IMG/VR virus record: IMGVR_UViG_3300025403_000035
Location: 1-27,645 of that record
DNA: 27,645 nucleotides
Origin: a virus
Taxonomy: Duplodnaviria > Caudoviricetes
Reading direction: 5' to 3' (one strand)
Shown here: one piece after another, positions 1-9,582 of the stretch
How the letters are laid out: every line of letters starts with the position of its first letter
Numbering within the stretch: position 1 is the stretch's first letter
Translations under genes and position numbers: made by a program
Notes under the pieces: generated by a model
Seen by the model: the letters and a program-made list of their open reading frames with translations, nothing else
Database searches by the model: none
Told to the model about the DNA's origin: nothing

Positions 1-3000
1 CATTGGCACATACAGTGAAACAATTCCCGGCCTGCAGGCGCAGTACGACTACAATGGAAACTTGATTAGCTACGGCGGAGGCCAAAACGGGATCACATAC
101 GACACGCAAGGTCGGATTACAAGTGGTCTTGACAATAATTACGGCTACAGTGTTGACCCCAATACAGGCAACATCACAAGTAAGGCAGCGGTGGGGGGTG
201 GTGGCGGTGGGTTTTTTGGTGGAGGTTTGGGTGGAATTCTTGGTATTGGCGCATTGTTGCTTGCCCCTGAGTTATTGCCTGAGTTATTAGCTAGCGGCGG
301 TGCGGAGGCTGGCCTTTTAGGTGCTGGTGATTATGCTGCCGGTACAGCGGCCACTCAAGCCGCTTTAGCCGATGCTGGAATTGGCACCGGTATAGATGCC
401 GCAACAGCCGCTGGCGCTGGAGCGGGTGCTGGAGCCGCCGATGCTGCCGCCAGCCCATTGTCAAACCTTAACTTGATGCCTTCCGATCAGGCGATCAAGA
501 ATGCCGCACTAAAGACTGGTTTGTCTTTGGCATCTGGCCAAGACCCCACGAAAGCCCTCGAGAGCGGTGCTTTGGGTCTTGTTGGCGGTGTGGTTGGAAG
601 TAATGTCAGTAACTTGGTGTCCCCGACTATTTCTTGCCTTGTCTGTCAGAATAAAGGCCTAACAACTGGAATTTCAAATACCATTGGCTCAACAGTCGGT
701 AATATGGTGACTGGTGCCAGCCCAACCAATGCGTTGATCAGCGGTATTGGTAGCGGTGTTTCTTCCGGGCTTGGCCAGAATGGGGCAAACTTATTGTCAT
801 CGCCTTTGGCGGGTGCTGCTGGTGCCGCCACTTCTGCTGCTTTGAAGGGTGCAGACCCAACACAAATTTTGACCAATGCTGCAATCGGCGCTGGTAGCAA
901 CTACGTTGGCAGCCAGATCAGCGGCGCATTAAAAGATTTAGCTGGCAATCCTACTGCCGGTCAAACTGGCGGTATTGGAACTATGAACAGTTCCAGCTTG
1001 AATCCAGACAATGGAAGCCCTGACACCACCATTCCAAGTGGCGGATTGCCTTCAACCACAGTAGCCTCTAATGATCCACTGGCTGGAACTGGTCTAACCA
1101 CTGATGCCAATGGCAATCTGGTGTTCTCAAACCCCAGTTTAACTGCGGCTGGCCCTGCTGGCCCGATGACGGCGGGATTGACCAATGTCCCCGGCAGTGC
1201 ACCTCCAATGACTGATGCGGAATTAGCGGCTGCTGCAAAAACCGGCCAGACAATTGATTTAGGCACGATTGGAAATCTGGACAATACAGATTCTCAATCT
1301 ACAAGCGGAACTGACACGTCAACAAACGACAACACAGACACTTCTGGTGATACCGGCGGCTTGTCGCTTTCTATCCCAACATCTTCTGGTTCGTCTGGTT
1401 TGTCGGCTTCTGAAGTTCAGAACATTGTTGCCCAACAGATGGCGGCTAACCCCGGTTTATCTGAAGCGCAAGTAAAGGCCGACATTCAATCTGCGATGGC
1501 CGCCAATCCCGGCATGACTGCTGATCAGGTCAACCAGATTGTGCAGAACAACCTATCCAGTTTAACTGGACAAGTTTCTGGCTTGCAGTCAGGCCTAAGT
1601 GGTCTGTCTGGCACAGTTGCAAACAACCAAGCACAGACGGAAAACCAACTGTCTGGCATGTCAGCGCAAGAAAAATCTGATGTGGCAGCGCTTCAACAGC
1701 AAGGCGTTAGCCTGCAAGACGCTATCAACCAAGTGTCTCAGCAGAACCAAGCCGGTTTGAATGCGTTGTCAACCCAGTTTACTAATCAGTTGAATCAATC
1801 TGATCAACAAACACAACAACAATTTGGTCAGTTAACGCAAGAACAGCAACAACAAGCCGCGGCATTGACTGCTCAAGGTGCTTCATTGACCGATGCTATC
1901 AACCAAGTTGCGCAAGAAAATCAGTCTGGTTTAAACGCTCTTTCTAGTCAGTTCACCAATCAGTTGGCGCAATCTGATGCAAATACACAGGCTCAGTTTG
2001 GTCAGTTGTCACAGGAACAACAACAACAAGCTCAGGCTTTGGCGGCTCAAGGTACGAGTTTGACTGATGCCATCAATTCCGTTCAAGCTGGTCTGACATC
2101 CACTATTGGCGACTTGTCCTCTACGTTTGACCAAAAGTTAGCGGCATCTGACCAAGCCACGCAGGATGCGTTTAATGGTCTTTCTGATGCTCAAAAAGCA
2201 CAAGCAACACAAGAAGCCCAAGATACTGGAAACTTGCAGCAAGCGATTGATAATGCGTCCGCCACCAGCCAGAGCAACCTTGAGGCTGCAACAAGTGGTT
2301 TGACTAACACAATCAACACCAACCAGCAAGCCACCAACGAGGCCTTGGCATCGACCAACCAGAATGTGGCCAACTTGTCTGACCAAGAAAAAACTGATTT
2401 TGGTCAGTTGTCTGGCCAACAACAATCTGATTTCCAGAATCTAAGTTCTGCTCAGGCTGATCTTGCAAAATCTTTGACCGACATGGGCACCAGTTTTGGT
2501 GACGCTATTGATCAGGTCAAGAATTTGGATGAGCAAGGCATTGCAACTGTGCAAGGTCAGCTAGATGCTTACCAGCAACAAACCCAAGCCGGTTTGGATA
2601 CGACCAACCAAAATATCAATGACTTGTCTACGCAGACTCAAGACGAGATTGCAAAAGCTGCTGAAGCTTCGGCGGCTGCTAATGCTGCAACAAATTCCAC
2701 TATTGCTTCCAATCAAGCTTCTACCAGTTCTGCGCTGCAAGGATTAGGGACTGGATTGACTGCTTTACAACAAGCGCAACAGCAAGCCAAAGCGCAGTCA
2801 ATGATGCCGACATTCAGCAATGCCGAATCGGTTTTGAAGTCGTATGTCCCAACCTTGCATGGCGCCAAACTGGTGGACTTGAGGCAACTGTATGATTCAC
2901 TTGACCCCGATTTGAAGCAAGCTATGGGCACTTCAGTTCAAGCGCCTGCTGCAATGAAGCCGGAAGAAGTCAACTATAAAGATTTGATACCTCCATCCGA

Positions 3001-3790
3001 TTTTAATAAAGAAGTACCCATCATGCCAACCTCAAAACATGGCGGACTCATTCACATGGCTGGAGCCGGTAGCGTTTCTGATGCGGTGGATGACTTGGTT
3101 TCTGCCAACACACCAACCATGCAAAGCGTATTCAATGATGCGCAAAAGGCTTTTCAGCCAACCCCCATGAGATCGCCCGCATCAACTGGTCTTGACTCAA
3201 GCACAAAATACATTCAAGCCGCCAAACTGCGTCAATTGCAACACTTGTATGATTCGATTACCCCCGCCCTGCGCGGTTATTTAATGGGTGGCCCAGTTGT
3301 TGGTATGGGCGGAATGGCTGAAGGAGGCCTTCCAGCGCGTTATCACCCCGAGGCGCCTGAAGGGCATCACCCAGAATTTATCACTGGCCAAACGGGCTAT
3401 TACGCCGCTGGGCGAGGCACTGGGCAGTCGGACGACATCCCCGCTATGCTCCACGATGGTGACTATGTGATTGACGCTGATTCCGTGGCCCAGTTGGGTG
3501 ACGGCTCCAGCAAAGCAGGCGCTCAGGCGCTCGAGCATTTCCGCAATCAGATCCCCCACCATGCTCATGGCGGCTCTGCAAGTCCGGTTCCCGCTAAGAT
3601 TGCGGACGGTGAATATGTGCTACCGGCTGCATTTGTTAGCGCTTTAGGTGGTGGTGACAACAAGACAGGATCGAAGTTGCTGGATAAAATGCGTGAAGAG
3701 TTGCGAGAGCACAAGCGGTCTGCGCCTGTCAACAAGATTCCACCCAAGGCGAAAAGCCCGCTTGATTACCTCAGAATGGCGAAAGGTTAA
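1..3790 (+). CDS. Large virion internal/DNA-ejection or tape-measure-like protein (5'-truncated)
   Basis: The frame is open from nt 2 (IGTYSETIPG...), so the true start lies upstream of the window. It has a Gly/Ala-rich hydrophobic N-terminal part, Gln-rich 58-aa repeats, and a C-terminal tandem domain (GRGTGQSDDIPAMLHDGDYVI / VPAKIADGEYVLP) resembling the GxGTxxSDxIPAxLxxGEYV motif of tape-measure/ejection proteins. Confidence 0.7.
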   Translation, partial: IGTYSETIPGLQAQYDYNGNLISYGGGQNGITYDTQGRITSGLDNNYGYSVDPNTGNITSKAAVGGGGGGFFGGGLGGILGIGALLLAPELLPELLASGGAEAGLLGAGDYAAGTAATQAALADAGIGTGIDAATAAGAGAGAGAADAAASPLSNLNLMPSDQAIKNAALKTGLSLASGQDPTKALESGALGLVGGVVGSNVSNLVSPTISCLVCQNKGLTTGISNTIGSTVGNMVTGASPTNALISGIGSGVSSGLGQNGANLLSSPLAGAAGAATSAALKGADPTQILTNAAIGAGSNYVGSQISGALKDLAGNPTAGQTGGIGTMNSSSLNPDNGSPDTTIPSGGLPSTTVASNDPLAGTGLTTDANGNLVFSNPSLTAAGPAGPMTAGLTNVPGSAPPMTDAELAAAAKTGQTIDLGTIGNLDNTDSQSTSGTDTSTNDNTDTSGDTGGLSLSIPTSSGSSGLSASEVQNIVAQQMAANPGLSEAQVKADIQSAMAANPGMTADQVNQIVQNNLSSLTGQVSGLQSGLSGLSGTVANNQAQTENQLSGMSAQEKSDVAALQQQGVSLQDAINQVSQQNQAGLNALSTQFTNQLNQSDQQTQQQFGQLTQEQQQQAAALTAQGASLTDAINQVAQENQSGLNALSSQFTNQLAQSDANTQAQFGQLSQEQQQQAQALAAQGTSLTDAINSVQAGLTSTIGDLSSTFDQKLAASDQATQDAFNGLSDAQKAQATQEAQDTGNLQQAIDNASATSQSNLEAATSGLTNTINTNQQATNEALASTNQNVANLSDQEKTDFGQLSGQQQSDFQNLSSAQADLAKSLTDMGTSFGDAIDQVKNLDEQGIATVQGQLDAYQQQTQAGLDTTNQNINDLSTQTQDEIAKAAEASAAANAATNSTIASNQASTSSALQGLGTGLTALQQAQQQAKAQSMMPTFSNAESVLKSYVPTLHGAKLVDLRQLYDSLDPDLKQAMGTSVQAPAAMKPEEVNYKDLIPPSDFNKEVPIMPTSKHGGLIHMAGAGSVSDAVDDLVSANTPTMQSVFNDAQKAFQPTPMRSPASTGLDSSTKYIQAAKLRQLQHLYDSITPALRGYLMGGPVVGMGGMAEGGLPARYHPEAPEGHHPEFITGQTGYYAAGRGTGQSDDIPAMLHDGDYVIDADSVAQLGDGSSKAGAQALEHFRNQIPHHAHGGSASPVPAKIADGEYVLPAAFVSALGGGDNKTGSKLLDKMREELREHKRSAPVNKIPPKAKSPLDYLRMAKG
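1712..2233 (+). repeat. Three tandem 174-nt (58-aa) coiled-coil-like repeats
   Basis: Units start at 1712 (LQDAINQV), 1886 (LTDAINQV) and 2060 (LTDAINSV); a degenerate fourth starts at 2234 (LQQAIDNA). Confidence 0.9.
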
Positions 3791-3793
3791 AAA

Positions 3794-5551
3794 ATGGCCA
3801 ACCTCCTGCAAAGTTCACAAAACACGGCAACGACAGCGCCGTGTTATTACAACAAATACCTTTCTTGCCTTGCTACGCAGGGCATCAATCAAACTGGGCC
3901 AAGTGGCGGTCAGTTCGTTGGCGCTCAACCCCTTCAGAATCAAGCATTTAACGCCGTTGGACAGAACTTTGGTGCGCAGCAAGGCAACTTCCAGCAAGGC
4001 CAAAACCTTTTGGGATGCGCTGCTAATACCAATATCACTGGTGCTGGCGCTGGTTACATTCAAGCAGGTACTCAAAACAGCGGTCTGGGCGCCATGCAGC
4101 CCTACGCCAACCAAGCGTTGGCCACAAGCGGCACTCAAGTCGCCAGCCCTTACGTTAACCAAGGCGCCTCTCTGTGCGCAACTGGTGCCGCTAACCCTTA
4201 CATCCAAGCCGCCGCTTCTCAGGGTGGTTTGTGTGCCGCACAAGGTTATCTGAACAAAGGCACGAACGCCAACATCGTTGGTGCTGCACAGCCTTTGATC
4301 AACCAAGCCGCTTCCCGCGGTGGTCTGTGCGCTGCCAGCCCTTACTTGCAACAAGCCGCAACAAATAACCCCGGTCAATTGGCTCAGTGCTACATGAATC
4401 CGTACTTGAAGAATCAAGTGCAGAACGTGTCTGACATCGCCATGCGGAACATTCAGCAGAACTTGGCCCCTCAAGCTACTGCTGCTGCTGTAGGCTCTGG
4501 TCAGTTTGGCTCTCAACGTGGCGCCCAAGTATTGGGTCAGGTTGAAGCCAACGCCATGCAGTGCCTAAACAACACGATTGCTGGCATGGAAAGCCAAGGC
4601 TACGGTCAGGCATTGACGGCTGCCGGTGCGCAACAAAGTTTGCTGGGTCAACTGGGCGGAACTGCTGGCAACTTGGGTCAGTCGCAACAAGCGTTGTTGG
4701 GCCAGTTGGCTGGTACGGCCGCTTGCGCTGCTTCGAAGTGCGCTGGTACTGCATTGACTGCTGGTCAAACTGCTGGTTCGTTGGCTCAACAGCAACAAGG
4801 TTTGCTTGGAACTTTGGGCCAAACAGCCGGAACTTTGACCTCGGCACAAATGCAAAACCTGATCAACGCAGGCAGCACACTTGGTGGCCAACAAACCGCG
4901 GCAAACCAAATTGCTGCCGGGTTGGGAAATACCGCTGCTGGCGCTCAAAACGCCTTCAACACGAATCTGTTGCAAGCAGGTCAAACGTCTGGCAACTTGG
5001 CGGCTCAACAAGCGGCTGCACGTCAGGCTGCTGGCCTTGGTATGGGCACTCTGGCTGGTCAGGCTGCAACGCAGAATCTGGCTTGCATCAATGCTTTGTC
5101 TACGCTGGGTGGCCAACAACAGACCATCCTGCAAAACCAACAGTGCTACCCACTGACCAAGCTGTCGAACATTTCGAACTTGTTGAAGGGCTACACCGTT
5201 CCTACATCGACGAAACAAACGATGTGCATGTCGCCCTTGTCTGGCTTGGCCAGCGTTGGCTCAACTGCTGCTGGTTTGTTTGGCGGCACTGGCAAGTGCG
5301 GTACTGGCCCAAGTTTGATCTCGCAAATTGGCAAGTCTTTTTCCAAATTAACTGGTGGAAATGGTGGCGGAACTGGATGTAAATACATCAACAGTTGCGT
5401 GTGCAATCCATCAATTTGCAAGAACACTGGCGCTACATTTGATTGGGGCGATTTGTCTGCTAAGGGCGGCACTGTCAAGGCTGACAAATTGATCAACTTT
5501 GGTTGCGCATCCGCAAGTCACATGGGCGGTTTGCCCACATATCGGAGATAA
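3794..5551 (+). CDS. Gln/Gly/Ala-rich virion internal (pilot/ejection-like) protein, unusually Cys-rich
   Basis: 585 aa. The YMNPY and GQFGSQRG motifs are typical of podovirus-type ejection proteins. Counted by eye: 19 Cys and 6 Asp+Glu. Confidence 0.65.
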   Translation: MANLLQSSQNTATTAPCYYNKYLSCLATQGINQTGPSGGQFVGAQPLQNQAFNAVGQNFGAQQGNFQQGQNLLGCAANTNITGAGAGYIQAGTQNSGLGAMQPYANQALATSGTQVASPYVNQGASLCATGAANPYIQAAASQGGLCAAQGYLNKGTNANIVGAAQPLINQAASRGGLCAASPYLQQAATNNPGQLAQCYMNPYLKNQVQNVSDIAMRNIQQNLAPQATAAAVGSGQFGSQRGAQVLGQVEANAMQCLNNTIAGMESQGYGQALTAAGAQQSLLGQLGGTAGNLGQSQQALLGQLAGTAACAASKCAGTALTAGQTAGSLAQQQQGLLGTLGQTAGTLTSAQMQNLINAGSTLGGQQTAANQIAAGLGNTAAGAQNAFNTNLLQAGQTSGNLAAQQAAARQAAGLGMGTLAGQAATQNLACINALSTLGGQQQTILQNQQCYPLTKLSNISNLLKGYTVPTSTKQTMCMSPLSGLASVGSTAAGLFGGTGKCGTGPSLISQIGKSFSKLTGGNGGGTGCKYINSCVCNPSICKNTGATFDWGDLSAKGGTVKADKLINFGCASASHMGGLPTYRR

Positions 5552-5554
5552 GAC

Positions 5555-7501
5555 ATGGGTCAAGAACAGCAAAACATGGCTTCTGGGTTCCCCAACCTTT
5601 CCAACTTAAATCCCGAAGGTTTGGGCGACGAATACGGCAAAAATATTGATGCCATTCAAAAGACCCTCGATGATCTTGAGGCGCGTTATCAACAGCCAAA
5701 CTGGTTCAAGATTGCTGCTGGTTTTGCCAAACCTCAATTGGGTGGTTTTGTAGCCTCTTTGGGTAGTGCTGCGGAAGCTCAAGGTGAAAACATTGAGCAA
5801 CAACGTCGTTTGGCCATTCCGCTTGCTCAAATGCGGGCACAATTGGGTGTTCAAAGCGCTGTTATGGGCCAGAACAAAAAAGCCGCTGACTATCTTGATA
5901 GTTGGCAACAAGAACATCCCGGACAGCCAATTCCAAAGGATGTTTATGAGCATGCTGCGTCTATTTCACCTAATACGCCTCGAGTATTAGCGGCTGGTAA
6001 AGCTTTGGACTTTGCTCAAAAACAACAAGGCCAAGATTTGCAAGCGCAATCTCAGGCAGTCGACATTCTGAGCAAACAATTGGCGGCGCATACTATTGAC
6101 CAGCCGACTTATAACGCTCGACTTGCAGCGTTGTATGAGCAATCACCTTATGCTCAAAGATTCAACACACTGCCGCCAACACCGGCTACAGAAGCAAACC
6201 CAACACCTGCTGCACCCCAACCCAGCGTGGCTACTCAACCAGCCCAGAACGCTACAAATGCGCAGGCATGGATTGATGCCAACCACAACATTGAAAGCCC
6301 CACTGGAGCGCCTAGCAAAACTTCCAGTGCCATTGGCCCCGGTCAAATGACGCAAAAGACGCGTGAAGGCATTCATGACAAGTACAACATGAGTGCCACG
6401 CCTGATCAATACGGCAAAGATGCAAACGTCACCCAAGCGTATGACTATGCGTTGCTTGGCGACCATCACAGCGCCATGGCAAATGCCAACATTGATCCTA
6501 CAGCATTGAACCACCGCATGATGTGGCACTTTGGTGCTGATGATGGCGCAAAACTGTTGCAAGCCGATCCCAAAGCCAAGCTTGGCGATCTACTTTCTGA
6601 CAAAGTGTTGGCGGCAAATGGCTACAACAAAAATATGTCTGTAGGCGCCTTGAAAGCCAAAGAAGAGGGCAATCTGTGGAACAACGGACTTGACCCAAAC
6701 AGTCTTGTCAAGTTTGGCGATCAGGCTACAGCGCAAGCACCACAAGAACCGAAAAAACCAACAATCTTTTCGGCAACTGTTCCAATGCCTGATCTTTCCA
6801 AGGTCAATCCAAGCGACTATGAGTTTGTGAGAAACGCAGCCAAAGACAAAGCCGCGGCCGTAGAAAAACCACGCAAGGATGAATACGATTCCTTATCGTA
6901 TTTGAACAGGCCTGCATTGTTTCATTTGGCTAATAGTTCAACTAATGAAGCAATTCAGGCAATTCAACAGCGCCCAGAATTAGCTAGAAAAGTTTTTAAT
7001 GTTGTGCGTCAAGCTGGCCCACTAGCCGCTGCTGGCCAAGCTGGGATTGGTATTCAAATTGGCCCGTATGGTGCTCACTTGAATGTTCCAGTTGAAGCAT
7101 GGCTGAATGCAAAGATTGATCCAAAAGATCAAGCTTATGCGGACATGCTGGCGCAGAAAATAGCCACCAGCGGTTATTTCTCAATGGTGGCCCGAGGCAT
7201 TAACCCAGAGAATGCCGGTGCTGACAAGATGACTTTGGCCATGCAACAAGAACCTGTGATGCGTAATACTGGCAGCGCTGCATTAGCTGCTCTGAAGCAA
7301 AACAAAGACCTGTTCCAAATGTCCCAAGAACTACATCAGGCGTATGCCAATGGATTGAAACGAACTGATCAAAATAGTTTGACTCCATTGCATGACATTT
7401 ATATGCAGTCTGAAGACATGGCCAATACCAAAGCCAAATTCGACAAGATTGCACAAAAACGTGCTGAAAAACACTTAAACAGCTTTAAAGAGGCGCAATG
7501 A
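5555..7501 (+). CDS. Virion internal protein with lytic transglycosylase (lysozyme-like) domain
   Basis: NIES (putative catalytic Glu at 6293), SSAIGPGQMTQKT, and MMWHFGADDGAKLLQADP...VLAANG match SLT-like motifs; the domain spans about 6270-6650. Confidence 0.7.
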   Translation: MGQEQQNMASGFPNLSNLNPEGLGDEYGKNIDAIQKTLDDLEARYQQPNWFKIAAGFAKPQLGGFVASLGSAAEAQGENIEQQRRLAIPLAQMRAQLGVQSAVMGQNKKAADYLDSWQQEHPGQPIPKDVYEHAASISPNTPRVLAAGKALDFAQKQQGQDLQAQSQAVDILSKQLAAHTIDQPTYNARLAALYEQSPYAQRFNTLPPTPATEANPTPAAPQPSVATQPAQNATNAQAWIDANHNIESPTGAPSKTSSAIGPGQMTQKTREGIHDKYNMSATPDQYGKDANVTQAYDYALLGDHHSAMANANIDPTALNHRMMWHFGADDGAKLLQADPKAKLGDLLSDKVLAANGYNKNMSVGALKAKEEGNLWNNGLDPNSLVKFGDQATAQAPQEPKKPTIFSATVPMPDLSKVNPSDYEFVRNAAKDKAAAVEKPRKDEYDSLSYLNRPALFHLANSSTNEAIQAIQQRPELARKVFNVVRQAGPLAAAGQAGIGIQIGPYGAHLNVPVEAWLNAKIDPKDQAYADMLAQKIATSGYFSMVARGINPENAGADKMTLAMQQEPVMRNTGSAALAALKQNKDLFQMSQELHQAYANGLKRTDQNSLTPLHDIYMQSEDMANTKAKFDKIAQKRAEKHLNSFKEAQ

Positions 7502-8436
7502 TGGCTGACCTAGAGAAACAAGCTGAAAATGCCGCAAATGCTTATTTGGAGGCTGAAGAGCCTACTCAACAAGAAGGCGAACCTGAGAAAAACATTTATG
7601 CAATGTTGGATGAGCCTGAGCCGTATGAGCACACCTATCAAGACCCAACAATTGCCATAGCCGCAGGGGCTGGTGGTTTGTTGGGGTATGGTCGATCTGG
7701 CGCGGGAATGACACCAACCTTGCCCAGCGCAAAAACCATCTCATCCAGCAGATTCACTCCTATGGTTGAAAAGGCGTTTGGCGTTCCACAAGGTTCAGCG
7801 GCCAAGATTGCTTCTGCTGCCAAACCTTCTTTGATGCCAACACCAGATCAAACGGCTCGTATTCTGAATGGTTCTATTGATCCAGAGACTGGTACAACTG
7901 GACGTGCTCGTATGGCATTCAACGCCGAGACAAGCCGTTTATCGCAAGCTGGTCAAGAGGGTCAAGAAATACTGCATGAGTTGCAATCTCGCGGTCTGGT
8001 TGATGCAAAAGGCAATCCAGTTGTTAAAGCTGGCCCTATGTCATCCACACCAAGCGGTGTTGCGGTGCCAGCAGCAACGGCTGAAGAAACTGTTGCCCAA
8101 CAAGCATTGAAAGATGCGGCATTGGGTGCAAAGGCAAATACTGCTACACGCGTGGCAGGCGCTCTTGGAACCGCTGGGAAGGTAATACCCTATGCTGGCG
8201 CTGGTTTGCAAGCCATGGATGCTTACAACCGCTATAACGCAGGCGACAAGACTGGTGCTTTGATTGCGGGAACAATGGCTGCCGCCTCAATCCCTTTGCC
8301 TATTTTGGCAACAGCCATTGGGATGCCTATTCAATGGGTTCATGATCACCCAGAACAGGCTCACGAGTTGTATGCTAAAGCCACAGGCATTGTGAAAAAA
8401 GCATACACACCCGAAAGCATGAATTTTCCTATGTGA
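7498..8436 (+). CDS. Putative virion internal protein, last gene of the structural operon
   Basis: 312 aa, overlaps the previous stop (ATGA), and has a hydrophobic Gly/Ala-rich C-terminal segment. Confidence 0.55.
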   Translation: MMADLEKQAENAANAYLEAEEPTQQEGEPEKNIYAMLDEPEPYEHTYQDPTIAIAAGAGGLLGYGRSGAGMTPTLPSAKTISSSRFTPMVEKAFGVPQGSAAKIASAAKPSLMPTPDQTARILNGSIDPETGTTGRARMAFNAETSRLSQAGQEGQEILHELQSRGLVDAKGNPVVKAGPMSSTPSGVAVPAATAEETVAQQALKDAALGAKANTATRVAGALGTAGKVIPYAGAGLQAMDAYNRYNAGDKTGALIAGTMAAASIPLPILATAIGMPIQWVHDHPEQAHELYAKATGIVKKAYTPESMNFPM

Positions 8437-8534
8437 TTATTAGGAAAAGAAGTGGCAACAGCAGGTAGGCAATTAGCCATACCAACAGGCTTTTAAGAAT
8501 CCATTCGATCATCGGCTGTCTCCCCGGTGATTTC

Positions 8535-8563
8535 CCTCCCCCAGTGTTGGGGGAGGTCTTTTT
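8535..8563 (+). terminator. Intrinsic terminator at the convergence of the late and early operons
   Basis: CCTCCCCCA-gtgt-TGGGGGAGG hairpin followed by TCTTTTT. Confidence 0.8.
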
Positions 8564-8564
8564 C

Positions 8565-8801
8565 TTACATCCCGCCCCGCTTCTCACCAAGCTTCTTGGC
8601 AACCTCTGGGTTCAGACTAGCCACAAACTCAATGCAGGCGTTACGCTCTTTGCGGGCGTAGTCCAAGGCAACTTCTTTTTCGATCTCATGCGCAAACGCA
8701 ATCAGATCAACTTCTTCGGCCACCAATGCTCCGGGCATGCGCTCATCGGTACTGAAGTACAACTGTTTGATTTTCTCTTCGCTTAACATTTCATTCTCCA
8801 A
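8565..8801 (-). CDS. Hypothetical phage protein
   Basis: 78 aa, overlaps the upstream gene, and has a FAHEIE...ERNAC pattern like the small ORFs at 17225 and 20396. Confidence 0.7.
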   Translation of the reverse strand: MENEMLSEEKIKQLYFSTDERMPGALVAEEVDLIAFAHEIEKEVALDYARKERNACIEFVASLNPEVAKKLGEKRGGM

Positions 8802-9579
8802 ACTTATTTTTTAATTTCCAATAGGCCAATAAATTCTGGAACATCGACCAACCGCGTATGAGGTCGGCCTCGTCCCACTCATGAATTTTAATTAAGCCGG
8901 GGCGTTTGACTGACACAAACACGTTTGCGCAACGTGCGAAGGGCAACTTCAACCCATAACGATAGGCGGCCAGTTGCATGAGATTCTCATCGTATGCGGG
9001 CACGTCATCGTCGTAGTCAAAGTCCTTTGTCTTGGCGTCCAATACGATCCCTGTGGGGCTGGTGGCATCGATCCCTGTGTAGAGGTCAACCTTACCGCCG
9101 AACCCCATAGGGTCAGTAAACGAACTCTCAACAATCCACGGCGTCAATGATTTGAGTTTGAAGTGCTTGGTGACCTTCTCGTCAAAAGCCTTCGCCATGT
9201 CTTCGTGCTCAACCTGATGGCCGCCCAAGAAGTATTTCTCAATCGACTCATGGATGCGCGTACCACGCTCTGCGGCGCGTTTGGCGGTTTCCTTGGAGTC
9301 TTGGATGATCCGCTGAACAAAGTGAACTTCCGGCTCGTTTGGAAGCTGTGGAAGGGTCATAGCCGCTAACAGCATCTGCTCCATCTTCCAAGCCTCTAAA
9401 GCGGGCTTTGCGGCGACTTTTAAGATCGTGGTGACCGAGGGCACCAGATTCATCTTTCGTGCGTCCCTGAGCGTTGTAGGCCGGTCTGAGCCGTCCTTGG
9501 CCTTGACCGTGTAGGCAGGGGCGCCCTTTTGGTCGTACCAGTGCGTTTGCTCTCCCGCTCTTGCAATAATTGTTGTCAT
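8791..9579 (-). CDS. PD-(D/E)XK exonuclease (phage recombination nuclease)
   Basis: Motifs PSVTTIL, RGTRIHESIE, GGKVDL, VLDAKTK and QLAAY. Confidence 0.85.
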   Translation of the reverse strand: MTTIIARAGEQTHWYDQKGAPAYTVKAKDGSDRPTTLRDARKMNLVPSVTTILKVAAKPALEAWKMEQMLLAAMTLPQLPNEPEVHFVQRIIQDSKETAKRAAERGTRIHESIEKYFLGGHQVEHEDMAKAFDEKVTKHFKLKSLTPWIVESSFTDPMGFGGKVDLYTGIDATSPTGIVLDAKTKDFDYDDDVPAYDENLMQLAAYRYGLKLPFARCANVFVSVKRPGLIKIHEWDEADLIRGWSMFQNLLAYWKLKNKFGE

Positions 9580-9582
9580 TGA

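Noticed and set aside
62-64. TTG start given for ORF1
   Set aside because: The frame is open to the window edge and there is no RBS, so the gene starts upstream.
3648-5382. Long alternative-frame and antisense ORFs (3648..4253, 3815..4528, 4561..5382, 4565..5218)
   Set aside because: These are shadows of a biased low-complexity gene, with no RBS or recognisable motifs.
3794-5551. Reassignment of Cys codons or an alternative genetic code
   Set aside because: TGY codons form normal CxxC motifs in the helicase and HNH-like genes, and genes tile well in the standard code.
8791-9579. Cas4 as part of an adaptation module
   Set aside because: There is no four-Cys Fe-S motif, and the context (same operon as an SSB-like gene) fits a phage recombination exonuclease.
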